64,000 nucleotides of DNA from sequence record ON529853.1. The stretch is one strand, 5' to 3'. The notes under the pieces were generated by a model, which was given only the letters and a program-made list of their open reading frames with translations, was not told the origin of the DNA and did not search any database. The position numbers and the translations under genes are program-made. This document shows, one piece after another, positions 1 through 9,866 of the stretch (position 1 is the first letter of the stretch; each line of letters starts with the position of its first letter).

Positions 1-308
1 GCGGGCGGGATGCGCCCGGCGGCGAGGTGAGGCCACGCCCACGCGAAGGCCTTCGCCGAGGGGGCGTCGGCGCCGATGTGGGCGCGGCGGCCATGCCGGA
101 ACGAATCGTCGGCGAAGATCGTGCCGAGGAAGGTGTAGTCGGATTCGTTGTCGGACCCGGTCAGGACCGACACGAACCAGATGCGGTCCTTGGCGCCCAC
201 GCGATAGGTGTAGCGGGCGCCGGTCGCCGCGCTGACCAGCGTGACGCGGGCGCGCCCGGCGAGCATGAAACGGCGGACGTTTTCGGCGGACATCTCGGCG
301 GCGGACAT
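1..308 (-). CDS. DUF6011-like phage protein, N-terminal part (runs off window)
   Basis: Own translation MSAAEMSAENVRRFMLAGRARVTLVSAATGARYTYRV...WFVSVLTGSDNESDYTFLGTIF; follows CtrA box 353-367. Confidence 0.55.
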   Translation of the reverse strand, partial: MSAAEMSAENVRRFMLAGRARVTLVSAATGARYTYRVGAKDRIWFVSVLTGSDNESDYTFLGTIFADDSFRHGRRAHIGADAPSAKAFAWAWPHLAAGRIPP

Positions 309-444
309 GGGGCGGCTCCGGTGGTTGACCGGTCCACCCTAGAGCCGATACGTTAACAAACCGTTAACGCCGCGACGGACGCCGCGCGTTAAGGTTAACG
401 GCGGGCGGGCGCGGAAGGCCGCCCGGCGAACCGGGCGGCGGGGA

Positions 445-954
445 TCACGGCGCCAGAGGATCAGGCGGCGGGATGATCTCGACATTGCGCCGGCCCTGCT
501 TGACGCGACCGATCTTGATTCGCTTCTCGACAGCGGCGCGCGCCCATTCATGGCGCGTGGTCTCGGCGGCGTGACGGCCCGTCTCATCGACGGCGCTATA
601 GATGGAATAGAGCAGGCCGAACAGCGCAACCTCCGGCATGGCCTTGACCGCCTCCAGCATCTCGCCGTTGTCGTAGGCCCCGGACACTTCCACGACGCGG
701 GTCCCCGAGCCGTGTTGCATCAGAATGTAAAAGGTCGATTTGCGGTCGCGGCGGCGTTCGCTTTCGCCTGTGCGTCGGACGGCCAGTTTGATGTCGTAGG
801 CCCGGTAACAGACGCCCGTGCCGGGCTTGCCATTGTCCGAACCCAGGATACGCATCTCGCGTTCCGGCAGGGGATGGCGCAGGACCTCGAAAGGCTCGAA
901 CGTGGTGTCGTCGGCGTAGCCCGATCCACGGGCGATGATGGCGCTTTTCAGCAT
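445..954 (-). CDS. hypothetical phage protein
   Basis: GGAGA RBS, own CtrA-box promoter. Confidence 0.8.
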   Translation of the reverse strand: MLKSAIIARGSGYADDTTFEPFEVLRHPLPEREMRILGSDNGKPGTGVCYRAYDIKLAVRRTGESERRRDRKSTFYILMQHGSGTRVVEVSGAYDNGEMLEAVKAMPEVALFGLLYSIYSAVDETGRHAAETTRHEWARAAVEKRIKIGRVKQGRRNVEIIPPPDPLAP

Positions 955-1008
955 GGGGCGTCTCCAGTTGCGATCCCGTATCCCTACAGGACGGAAGTTA
1001 ACAGGGGG

Positions 1009-1446
1009 TTAACCGGTCACGGAATCCGAGCGGTCGCGCAGGGCGTCGGCGTAGGTGTCGAACGGCTCCGATTCCGCCTCTTCCTCGCCGTCATACCAAT
1101 GGAACCGCTGCACGGCGTCCGCATCAGGCGTCGCGCCCGGATAGGTGCGCAGGAAGATTTGCAGGTCGTCCAGATCGTCGTCGTCGGGGTCCAGCGCCAG
1201 CGCCGGGGCGGCGGGAAGGGTCGGGACCACGCCGCGCGAATAGGCCTCGACGCAGACGCCGACGAAGGTCGAGATTTCGGTGGCCTGCCGCAGGAACAGG
1301 CGCTGATTGTCTTGGGGCAGGGCTTGGGCCACGGCCACGGTGAAGGCGTCGCCGCGCAGGCTCCAGACCAGTTCACTGAAGGTTTCGACGCCGTCGTCCA
1401 TATCGGCGTAACCGACGACGGTGTAAAAGGCGGGCGATTCAGCCAT
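1009..1446 (-). CDS. hypothetical acidic protein
   Basis: RBS and CtrA box; TAA stop lies inside next box. Confidence 0.8.
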   Translation of the reverse strand: MAESPAFYTVVGYADMDDGVETFSELVWSLRGDAFTVAVAQALPQDNQRLFLRQATEISTFVGVCVEAYSRGVVPTLPAAPALALDPDDDDLDDLQIFLRTYPGATPDADAVQRFHWYDGEEEAESEPFDTYADALRDRSDSVTG

Positions 1447-1628
1447 GGGGCTCTCCTGTTTCGTTGGGGATACCCTAGCCCGAAGAAGTTAACAATAGGT
1501 TAAGACCGCGAGGTTTCTTCGGGCGGGCGTTAACCTTAACACGGCGTTAACCTTAACGGCGGACGGGCAGGGGCGGCCCCGGCCTAGAGCCGGGGCGCCG
1601 GGGCGGCGTCATTCCGCCCCGTTCCCTG

Positions 1629-1826
1629 TCAGCCTTCGTCGGGCTGATAATCCGGGTCGGGATCGAAGCGACCGCAGAACGTGCGGCCCTCTGATTCCAT
1701 ACCGGGCTCAAAAGCCCGGATGACGTACAAGGCCCGGCCCACGGTGTTGAGGTTGAGCACCGCGACCGGGGCGCCGCCCCGGTTCGCCGTGCGTTGCGCG
1801 TCGCGCTTGACCTGATCGAGGGTCAT
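1629..1826 (-). CDS. hypothetical protein (MTLDQVKRDAQ...)
   Basis: In-frame ATG just after stop of 1829-2197. Confidence 0.65.
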   Translation of the reverse strand: MTLDQVKRDAQRTANRGGAPVAVLNLNTVGRALYVIRAFEPGMESEGRTFCGRFDPDPDYQPDEG

Positions 1827-1828
1827 GC

Positions 1829-2197
1829 TCAGCCCTCGAAACGGTCGTGGACCGAAACCGGGCCGCCGAAGCGCGGGCCGCCGAGACGTTCCACGGCTTC
1901 GTTGAAACGGCTGTCCGTCGTTCCGGCGTAGTTGCCGCCCGCCATCAGCCAGCGCGTGTCCATCTCGCCGGTGTCCGTCGCCGGGACGATCTTGACCGCG
2001 CCGCGCACGTTGCCCTTGACCAGATAGGCGGCGGGGCGCGACGGGTTGGGGTCGAACGGGCCGTCGACGTTGACCAGGGTCAGTTGCGCGACCTTGGACG
2101 ACACGCCGCCGTTGGTGCAGTCCACCGAGTCCAGCTTCAAAATGTCGCCCGGTTGGTCGGCGGCGCAGCGGCGGTAGATGGAAACGATCAGGCCCAT
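1829..2197 (-). CDS. conserved-looking phage hypothetical protein
   Basis: RBS and CtrA box; DCTNGGVSS...MAGGNY..TDSRF motif. Confidence 0.8.
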   Translation of the reverse strand: MGLIVSIYRRCAADQPGDILKLDSVDCTNGGVSSKVAQLTLVNVDGPFDPNPSRPAAYLVKGNVRGAVKIVPATDTGEMDTRWLMAGGNYAGTTDSRFNEAVERLGGPRFGGPVSVHDRFEG

Positions 2198-2270
2198 GGG
2201 GCTCTCCTTTGTTTGACCTCCACACCATAGCGTGAAGGTCTTAACAAGAGGTTAACGCCGGAAAGATTTT

Positions 2271-2438
2271 TCAGGCGGCGGAAAACAGCGCAGCGGTCGA
2301 GACGCCGCCCAGCAGGGCGCGGCGGAACGGGTCGAGCGCGAGCGCCGGGGCGGCCTTGGCCTTGCGGGCGCGCGGCTTGGGCGCGGCCTTCGCGGCGGCG
2401 GGCTTGCGGGCGCGGGGCGTCTTCGGGGTGTCGGTCAT
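2271..2438 (-). CDS. small basic Ala/Lys/Pro-rich protein with C-terminal RRALLG hydrophobic segment
   Basis: Own variant box at 2497; start MTDTPK. Confidence 0.55.
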   Translation of the reverse strand: MTDTPKTPRARKPAAAKAAPKPRARKAKAAPALALDPFRRALLGGVSTAALFSAA

Positions 2439-2597
2439 GGCGAGGCCTTTCGTTGGGGGTGAAGTCCAGAGCCCCCCCCAGCCTCGCACGGAGTCCTTAC
2501 CAAAGGATTAACGGGCCAGGCGCCGCCGGGCGGGCGTTAACCTTAACGGATCGGGCGGGACCGTTAACCACGGCGGGGGTCCGCCGTGGTCGGGAGG

Positions 2598-2936
2598 TCA
2601 GTTCACCCCGGCGATGATCGAGCAGTCGCCGTAGAACTTGCCTTGGAACGGGATGCAGTCGCCTTGCGGGGTGATGTGGTGCTCAATCCAGAACCGGTCG
2701 TCGCCCTCGACCTTGGAGCCGTGCGCGTTGCTGTAGCCCTTGGCTTCCCATTCGGCGATGACTTCGGGGAAGGCGGCGCGGAAGGCGTCGCGCTCCATGG
2801 CGAACTTGAGTTCGCTCATGTAGGTGATCTGGATATAGCGGAAGGGGCCGATGGTCGGGCCTTCGAATCCCCAGTCCTCCATGTTCTGATCGGCGTCGTC
2901 GCGGCCATGGAACAGGCGCAGATGAACGTCGGACAT
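2598..2936 (-). CDS. hypothetical protein
   Basis: GGAGA RBS before MSDVHLRLFHGR; CtrA box 2981. Confidence 0.8.
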   Translation of the reverse strand: MSDVHLRLFHGRDDADQNMEDWGFEGPTIGPFRYIQITYMSELKFAMERDAFRAAFPEVIAEWEAKGYSNAHGSKVEGDDRFWIEHHITPQGDCIPFQGKFYGDCSIIAGVN

Positions 2937-3115
2937 TGGTCGTCTCCTCTTTCGATACAGACCACTATAGAGGCGATTCGTTAACAAGGGGTTAACGCCG
3001 GGACGATTTTTCAGGCAGCGCGGGCGGGCGTTAACCTTAACAGCCCGTTAACCTTAACGACCGGTTAACGGCCCCGTTAACCATGGCGGGGTCGCCGCCA
3101 TGGCCGGGGGTCCGG

Positions 3116-3376
3116 TCAGGCCGCCGGGGGCGGCGGGGGCGGCGGGATCGGGTGGGCGCGGGCGAGGGTCTTGGCGGTCCACGCGTCCGGGGTCGAGAGG
3201 TCGTAGGCCTCGGCGAACAGGCGGGCGCAGTCCTGCACCGTCTCGCCCTTCAGGTGGTCTTCATACCAGCTACGCAGTTGGTCTTCATCAGCGCCCGCGT
3301 CGCGGTAGTCGATGCCGTAGCCCGCCAGCAGGGCGGCGTTGGCGGCGGCGAGCCAGAGTTCAAACGTGGGATACAT
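3116..3376 (-). CDS. hypothetical protein
   Basis: RBS and CtrA box 3423. Confidence 0.75.
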   Translation of the reverse strand: MYPTFELWLAAANAALLAGYGIDYRDAGADEDQLRSWYEDHLKGETVQDCARLFAEAYDLSTPDAWTAKTLARAHPIPPPPPPPAA

Positions 3377-3564
3377 CGGGCGTCTCTCCTTGTTCCGATG
3401 CTTAGATCATATCCGGCAGAAGTTAACAAGAGGTTAAGACCAGAAAGATTTTTCAGGGGCCGACCGGGGCGGCGTTAACCTTAATGGCTCTTAAGCTTTT
3501 GTTAAGGTTAACGGGCGGGGCCTGGAAATGGTTAACGGACGTTAACCACTCCCCTTAACCGTCC

Positions 3565-3849
3565 CTAGTTGGGACGGTCGTCGATGAACTCGATTTTCTT
3601 TTCCGTGGTGGCGATCAGGGCCGTGACGTCGGCGATGGCGTCATCCAGCTTGGCGGCGCCCTTGTAGGTCTTGCCGGTCCAGCCGCCGACCATCGCCAGC
3701 AGGTTCTTGGCGGTGTAGGCCCGGTTGACCTTCATGCCGATCTTGAGGGCGCGCAGGCCTTGGCGAACAACGATCATCTGGTAGCGGGCGATGGCCTCGC
3801 CGGTGTGGGTGACGGCGCCGTGTTCGGAGATGTGGACTTGATCGGTCAT
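3565..3849 (-). CDS. hypothetical protein
   Basis: CtrA box 3894. Confidence 0.75.
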   Translation of the reverse strand: MTDQVHISEHGAVTHTGEAIARYQMIVVRQGLRALKIGMKVNRAYTAKNLLAMVGGWTGKTYKGAAKLDDAIADVTALIATTEKKIEFIDDRPN

Positions 3850-4045
3850 GTCTGTGTTCCCTTGTTGGTGAGATCACTATAGCGGCCCGGTTCTTAACAA
3901 CAAGTTAAAATCGAAATAAATCGTGCCTAACGAAAAGGGTTAATTTTTCGGGGCCGGGCGTTAACCTTAACAAGAGGTTAACGGCTGTTAAGGTTAACGC
4001 CAGCGGGTCAGGCGAGACCGCCCCGGCGAACCGGGGCGGCGGGGG

Positions 4046-4669
4046 TCAGCCCAGTTGAATCGCGCCGTCGTCGGCGGTGTAGAGGTAGACTTCTTCGGGG
4101 TATTTTTGCGCGGCTTCCGTCAGGGCCTCGCCTTCCGCTTCGGGCCAGTCGCCGTCTTCCCAATAGCCGACGCCGCTGCGGGTCCGGGTCATGTAGAAGT
4201 CATAACCGGCTTGCTCCTGCACCGAACAGTTGACCGCGCGGACCTCGCCCGACGCGTAGGCCGCTTCCAAGGTGGCGGCGTTCTCGCGTTGGAAGCGTTC
4301 GCAATCCGCGACCATTTCGCGCAAGCCGTCCGGGTGAATCTCTTCCGGGCAAATCGTGTTGTCGCGGTCGTGGTCCGCGTTCGGGTGTCCGGTCGGATAC
4401 TCGGCGCCGTTGGAGGCGGCGGCGGCGATATAGCCGCGCGTGAACGGATCGCACGGCGTCAGGATCGACCAGGACTCGGCCTCATAGGCGGCGCGCGCCT
4501 CGGCGTAGGCCTCTTCGAGGGCGTCCACAACGGCGCGGGCTTCCGCGACCAGAGCGGCGGGTTCCGTGTGCGGATATTGCATCACCGTCAGGGCGGCGAT
4601 CTGCTGCGCCGTCAGGGGGCTATAGTCGGGGACCGTGGTTTCGGCGGTCAGCTTGGCGAGGGTCGTCAT
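4046..4669 (-). CDS. hypothetical protein (GYDFYMTR..GVGYW..GDW motif)
   Basis: GGAG RBS before MTTLAKL; CtrA box 4714. Confidence 0.75.
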   Translation of the reverse strand: MTTLAKLTAETTVPDYSPLTAQQIAALTVMQYPHTEPAALVAEARAVVDALEEAYAEARAAYEAESWSILTPCDPFTRGYIAAAASNGAEYPTGHPNADHDRDNTICPEEIHPDGLREMVADCERFQRENAATLEAAYASGEVRAVNCSVQEQAGYDFYMTRTRSGVGYWEDGDWPEAEGEALTEAAQKYPEEVYLYTADDGAIQLG

Positions 4670-5041
4670 GGGGTTGCTCCCGTTGATGTGCGAGCATATT
4701 GCACGCCAAGGTCTTAACAACAAGTTAACGCCGCGCAGATTTTTCGGCGGGCGGGCGGGCGTTAAGGTTAATGCGAAAGGCTCGCAAGGGGCGGCGTTAA
4801 CCTTAACAGAATCGTCCGAAAATTAACCATGCCCGTTGACGTTTTCTTAACGACTCGGCGCTAGGCTCAAGGGTTCCATAGCCACGCCTCGCGCCGGGTC
4901 CGACCCCCCGCGCGCGGTGTCACGCGCTCGCCTCGACCGGGGCGGGGCGCCCGGCCACGCGCCCCGACATCGGGAGGCGCGAGCCCGCCCGGCTGGGCGG
5001 TCGATCGGTCATGCCGGCGACCGCCAGGGCGGGGGTGCGTC

Positions 5042-5185
5042 GAATCGAAACGGCGTCAGGTCAAGTCGGCCGGCGTCAAAACGAAACGGCGTCAGGTCAA
5101 GTTCGCCCGCGTCAAATCTAAATGGCGTCAAGTCAAGTTCGCCAGCGTCAAATCGAAACGGCGTCAGGTCAAGTTCGCTCGCGTC
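5042..5185. repeat. Repeat family A, left copy: four tandem 36-bp units rich in CGTCAA/CGTCAG
   Basis: Units start 5042, 5078, 5114, 5150. Confidence 0.9.
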
Positions 5186-5265
5186 AAGTTTGATCCGCCA
5201 GGACCTGAGCGAAAACGAAGACGCCCGGCGCGCATGAAAGCGGCCGGGCGTCAGGGGTCATCCGT

Positions 5266-5334
5266 TCAGAAACAGAGGCCCACAATCATGAGGGCGAAAA
5301 CGATCTTGGACGCGGAACAGAGTTTATCGAGCAT
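5266..5334 (-). CDS. 22-aa hydrophobic peptide MLDKLCSASKIVFALMIVGLCF
   Basis: AAGGAAG RBS, downstream hairpin 5221-5251, paralogue at 23063. Confidence 0.6.
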   Translation of the reverse strand: MLDKLCSASKIVFALMIVGLCF

Positions 5335-5358
5335 ATTCAGGGGCTTCCTTCTACTAAG

Positions 5359-5502
5359 GAGTCACGCCCGGTAGTAAACGTGACAGGTCGTGGGAACGCT
5401 ACAGAGAGAAATCTCGCGAGTCATCGTCTGTGTGTAACGTGACTGAACTATTTGTTAATCCGGTCGGGGGATTGGAGTCACGCCCGGTGGGAAACGTGAC
5501 TC
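5359..5502. repeat. Repeat family B, left copy: three dyads GAGTCACG-N11/12-CGTGAC(TC)
   Basis: Start 5359, 5418, 5475; the last is a perfect inverted repeat. Confidence 0.85.
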
Positions 5503-5515
5503 CGGGGTTTTGGCG

Positions 5516-6547
5516 TCAGTCGGCGCTCTGGGCGATGACCGTGGCGGCGGTCGTGCGGCTGGCGAACTGCTCGCTCGCGATGTCCCCCTTCAGCCCCTCA
5601 AAGGCCATGATGCTCGCCCTCAGGTCCGGGGCGATGTAGTCGGTCCCCTCAGCGGTCGCGTCCGCCTGAAACAGGTCCAGCAGGCGCGCCCGCACCCCGG
5701 CGGCGTCGTCCGCATAGAGGATCGGCGCCCCTTCCTGCTCGGGCTCGATCCGATACGGGCGGGGCTCGCACTCGATCTCGAACGGCCCTTGCCAGTTGCG
5801 GACCTCGACCGGCGCCAGGGCGGCGTCGGACAGTTCGTCAAAGACGCCGTTCTCACGGTCGCCGCATTCCTCGACCTCGGCCTGAGACACGAAGAACTCA
5901 TGCCGGGCGTCGTCCGCCGCGATAGCGTGGTCCATGATCCACGCCTGGCCTTGGAAGGTCGCGCGATAGGGCAGGGTTTCAGGCGCCGGCAGGGCGGACG
6001 CCGGGGGGTCGCGGTCCATCCAGAAGCGGTAGAGGGCCGCCCAGGCGCGCGCCCGCTGGCGGTCGCCGGTCGCGGGCAGATAGGCGTCGTGCAGGGCCTC
6101 GGCGGCGGCGTCCCGGTCCGGGCCGTCCGGATCGGCCTGATCCGCCTCATGGGCGTCAAAGGTCAGCAGGACGGCTTGCGTATGGCGGGCGGTCCATTCA
6201 CCGGCCGGACCCGCCGCCAGAACCTCGCGCACCTCGGGGAGGGTCAGGTGGGAAAACTGGGCAGGGTCCCCGGCGATAAATTCCGAAGGGTCCCCGGCCT
6301 TCGATTCGGCAGGGTCCCCGGTGATGAATTGGGCAGGGTCCCCGGTGATGAATTGGGCAGGGTCCCCGGTGATGAATTGGGCAGGGTCCCCGGCGATGGA
6401 TTCGGCAGGGTCCCCCCGCTCGATTCCGTCCGCGATGACGTAGAGCCGCCCGATGAGACCTTGAGCGGCCTCCGGCGTGGGGTTGTGGCGCAGCGCCAGC
6501 ACTTGGGCGGCGGCGGCGCGGATCAGGGCGGGGTAGGTGGTGCTCAT
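5516..6547 (-). CDS. hypothetical protein containing GDPAQFIT-type tandem repeats
   Basis: GGAG RBS, CtrA box 6601. Confidence 0.8.
   Translation of the reverse strand: MSTTYPALIRAAAAQVLALRHNPTPEAAQGLIGRLYVIADGIERGDPAESIAGDPAQFITGDPAQFITGDPAQFITGDPAESKAGDPSEFIAGDPAQFSHLTLPEVREVLAAGPAGEWTARHTQAVLLTFDAHEADQADPDGPDRDAAAEALHDAYLPATGDRQRARAWAALYRFWMDRDPPASALPAPETLPYRATFQGQAWIMDHAIAADDARHEFFVSQAEVEECGDRENGVFDELSDAALAPVEVRNWQGPFEIECEPRPYRIEPEQEGAPILYADDAAGVRARLLDLFQADATAEGTDYIAPDLRASIMAFEGLKGDIASEQFASRTTAATVIAQSAD
6264..6414. repeat. Repeat family C, left copy: seven GGGTCCC cores at exact 24-bp period, inside a CDS
   Basis: Cores at 6264,6288,6312,6336,6360,6384,6408. Confidence 0.95.
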
Positions 6548-6739
6548 AAAGGGCTCCTCTTGGAGGGAGATGATCAGAGGTCCTGTCTAGCGGCCAATCG
6601 TTAACATCCGGTTAACAGGCCGCATTCAGGGCCGGGCCGGGGTTCACCCGGCGTTAAGGTTAACGCCGGACGGGCGACCAGAAAGCGCCCGCCGGGGGAG
6701 ACAACCCGGCGGGCGCGGTCCTGACGGGAAGACAGTCCG

Positions 6740-7219
6740 TCAGGGGATCGGGGTCAGTTCGTCCTCGAAGGCGTCGTATTCGACGCCCGCGTCGTCTTTG
6801 ACCCGATAGGCGGGGCCGACCTCGACCGCCTCGTCCTCGTCCAGCGGGCGGATGACCTCGACCCGGTGATAGGGCGGCGTCGTGGCCTCCGGGCAGGTCG
6901 AGGCCCAGTGCAGAACGTCGCCGGGCGCGAAGGCGAAGTCGGGTTCGGGCTCGGATTCGTCGTCGCCGAACGACGGCTCCTGTTCCGTTGAGGAGTCCTC
7001 GATCTGTGTTCCAGGCCAGGACACGCCGGGATCGGCCAGAGACCGCAAACAGCCGTCAATGTTCGGGGCGGTGCGGGTGCCGATGTAGTCGCTGTAGCAG
7101 TCCGGTTCCCCGACCGGCTCGGACGGGTTGTCCCGGCGCCATTGCTGCAAGGCGGCGTCGAACAACTCGCGCGGATTGGTCACGACGACGCTGATGGATA
7201 TGGTGTAGGCGCGGCTCAT
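6740..7219 (-). CDS. hypothetical protein, possible C-terminal SH3/Tudor-like barrel
   Basis: RBS and CtrA box 7269. Confidence 0.75.
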   Translation of the reverse strand: MSRAYTISISVVVTNPRELFDAALQQWRRDNPSEPVGEPDCYSDYIGTRTAPNIDGCLRSLADPGVSWPGTQIEDSSTEQEPSFGDDESEPEPDFAFAPGDVLHWASTCPEATTPPYHRVEVIRPLDEDEAVEVGPAYRVKDDAGVEYDAFEDELTPIP

Positions 7220-7288
7220 GGGGCTCTCCCGGCTGGGGTGTTGATGACCTGACCCTACAGGTCAGGTCTTAACAAACGGTTAACAGGA

Positions 7289-8041
7289 TCAGGATTTGAC
7301 AGGGACGATCAGGTCGAACAGTTCGGCGTAGTCGTCGCCCTCGGGCGCCTTCTCCTCGGCGTTCAGCTTCTCGTCATAGGCCTTCGCCGCCGCGACGGTG
7401 CGGTCGTAGGCGTCCGCCTTGGCCTTCATGTCCGAGGCGTCCGTGCCGCCCGTCGCGGCGATCAGGGCGAGGCGCGCGGCTTCGGGCAGGGCGTCCCAGG
7501 CCTGATCATCCAGATCAAAGGCGCCCATGGCGCGGCTGGCGTCGTCGCGCTCGGCCTCGTCCAGTTCAGCCACGCGGGCTTGCAGCCGGGCGCGCTGTTC
7601 GGCGTCGGCCAGATTGGCGACGATGAAGCGCAGGTCCACCGGCTTGATCCCGTTGCCGCGCAGGAAGGCGACGACACGATCCCAGTCCGCGACCTCGGCC
7701 AAGGCGTCGCGCGGTTGCAGATCGTCCAGGCGGGCGGCGTGGTTGTCGCTGGCCTCGGACAGCATGGCGACCAGGGCCGGCGCCGTGGCGTCGTCCAGCA
7801 GGGCGGTGGGGCGGGCCAGGACCTTGCAGTGGGCTTGGTCGATGTCCCAGTCGATGGTTGAGGTCAGGGTCAGTTCCGACATGGCGGTCCAACCGTCTTG
7901 CAGGTCGGTGTCTTGCGCGAGCAGGGCGCGGGCGGCGACGACGGCCTCCTGCCCGCTCGCGGCCTCGACCGCGACGACCTTGAAGGCGTTGAGGGTGGCG
8001 TAGGCGGTGATGTGGAAGCTGTGCAGGGCGGGGCTGGACAT
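7289..8041 (-). CDS. hypothetical protein
   Basis: RBS and CtrA box 8086. Confidence 0.8.
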   Translation of the reverse strand: MSSPALHSFHITAYATLNAFKVVAVEAASGQEAVVAARALLAQDTDLQDGWTAMSELTLTSTIDWDIDQAHCKVLARPTALLDDATAPALVAMLSEASDNHAARLDDLQPRDALAEVADWDRVVAFLRGNGIKPVDLRFIVANLADAEQRARLQARVAELDEAERDDASRAMGAFDLDDQAWDALPEAARLALIAATGGTDASDMKAKADAYDRTVAAAKAYDEKLNAEEKAPEGDDYAELFDLIVPVKS

Positions 8042-8200
8042 GGTGTCTCCTGTCGTTGCGTTGAGGCTGTTCTAGCAGCCATTCCTTAACAAGAAGTTAA
8101 CGCCAGTCAATTCTTTTCAGGCGGCGGGGCGACCGCCAGGCCCGTTAACCTTAACGCGAGCGGGTCGCAGAACGCCCGGCCAAAGCCGGGCGCCTTTGAC

Positions 8201-8929
8201 CTAGACGGGTTTCAGGTCGTTGAGATCGACCGCGCCGATCTGATGCGTCTCGCGGGCGGTCTTAAGGATGGATTTCAGCAGGGTCGGGGTCGCCATGCCG
8301 CCGCGCAGAGCCTGAGCGGCGAAGTGCTCGGGGTCGGTGCCGGGGCGGGCGGCGATGATCGCGGCCAGACAGGCGGTCATCGCTTCCTTGGCCCCGCTCA
8401 CGGCGGCGGACGCGGCGGCGGTCAGGGCTCCGGCATAGGCGCCGTCCGCCTCCTCCGACATCTGCGTCAGCTTTTCGGCCTCCTCCAACAGGCGACAGGC
8501 CTCATGGGCGGTGATGGCGACGGCGGTCGGCAGTTCCGACACCGAAGCGGCGTGAACTTGCAGCAGACTGACGACCTCGTCCACATCGCTGAGGCAGACG
8601 GCGCCGTTGTCGGCCCAGTTGGACGCCAGCACCCGGAAGGCGGCTTCGGCGGCGTAGTGTTCCAGCGTCGAGCCGCTGGCGATGTCGTCGGCGTAGCGGG
8701 CCAGCGCCGTCGTCAACGGGTCGCCGCCCTGGGCCAGGGACAGGGTCAGGAAGTCAGGGCTCACCATGAACTCGGTGACGCTGCCGTCGTCGTCATCGGC
8801 GGTCAGGCCCTCGGCTTCGCGATAATGCTGGATGGCGAATTCCAGCGCGCGTTTGACATGATCGACGCTGAAGGCGCCGCCTTCGATCTGAAGGCCGACG
8901 ATGAAGTTGACGGTGGTGGGGTCTGACAT
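8201..8929 (-). CDS. hypothetical protein
   Basis: RBS and CtrA box 8974. Confidence 0.8.
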   Translation of the reverse strand: MSDPTTVNFIVGLQIEGGAFSVDHVKRALEFAIQHYREAEGLTADDDDGSVTEFMVSPDFLTLSLAQGGDPLTTALARYADDIASGSTLEHYAAEAAFRVLASNWADNGAVCLSDVDEVVSLLQVHAASVSELPTAVAITAHEACRLLEEAEKLTQMSEEADGAYAGALTAAASAAVSGAKEAMTACLAAIIAARPGTDPEHFAAQALRGGMATPTLLKSILKTARETHQIGAVDLNDLKPV

Positions 8930-9062
8930 GGTGTCTCCTGTCGTTGTGCTGATCCTGTTCTAGCACCGATTCGTTAACAACAAGTTAACGGCGCGAGGAA
9001 ACTTCGGCGTTAACCTTAACGCGCCGGGATCGCAAAGCGCCCGGCCGAAGCCGGGCGCTGCG

Positions 9063-9866
9063 TCAGGCGGGGACGCGGGAGAAGTCGGGGCTGTCGCCGT
9101 CCGCGACCGTCAGTTCGATCCACGACATACGCTCCATGTGGCGTTTGACGGACCCCTCCGACGACAGGCCGTTGAGGATATAGGACATGGCGAGAATCTT
9201 CCCCGCCTCGCTGGCGCGGGCGCTGATCTGGGTGCAGTAGGACGAATCCTCCACGAACTCCCAGACGTCGTTAATCCGGCGCTCGACGGCGACCCGCATC
9301 AGGGGCTCGTCGCCGCTGTCGGTCGGGTCATAGTCGCCCGACGCGCCTTCGCCCTCGAAGTCCAGAATCACCGCCACGTCGTCGCGTTCCAGGCGCAGCG
9401 ACGGGAAGCTGATCACGTCCGGCGCCGGGGGCGCATCCGGCAGCAGGTCGGCGGCGGCGACCGCCCAGTCTTCCAGCAGGGTCGAAGCCTCGACCATGGA
9501 CGTTCCGGCCTGACGCGCGTCGGTCAGGGCCTGAACGTGGGCGACGCCGGCTTCCAGCGCCGCTTCCAGATCGACCGGGAACGCGCGGTCGCCATCATAG
9601 TAGGGGCGGAACAGGGCCGTTGCGCGGTCCAGTTGGGCTTCCACCTTGGCGACATGATGTGAGGGGATGATGATTTCGCCGAGGCTGTCGCCCTCCATCG
9701 CCAAGGTCATATAGGGCTGCGAGCCGTCCTTGGGGAAGCTGAAACGGACGGTCAGGTCGCTGTCTCCGCTTTCGTCCGTGAGGTCCATGAACAGTTCGCA
9801 GCGGATGTCCTTGAATTCGGCGTCGTTCTCGACGTAGGCCGGCGCGGGGATTTTCTTCTCTTGCAT
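9063..9866 (-). CDS. hypothetical acidic protein
   Basis: RBS and CtrA box 9912. Confidence 0.8.
   Translation of the reverse strand: MQEKKIPAPAYVENDAEFKDIRCELFMDLTDESGDSDLTVRFSFPKDGSQPYMTLAMEGDSLGEIIIPSHHVAKVEAQLDRATALFRPYYDGDRAFPVDLEAALEAGVAHVQALTDARQAGTSMVEASTLLEDWAVAAADLLPDAPPAPDVISFPSLRLERDDVAVILDFEGEGASGDYDPTDSGDEPLMRVAVERRINDVWEFVEDSSYCTQISARASEAGKILAMSYILNGLSSEGSVKRHMERMSWIELTVADGDSPDFSRVPA

Noticed and set aside
4046-4669. Anti-CRISPR or anti-defence assignment for array genes
   Set aside because: Plausible from context, but no family could be recognised with confidence without a search
5042-5185. CRISPR-like 36-bp repeats
   Set aside because: Units are directly adjacent with no unique spacers
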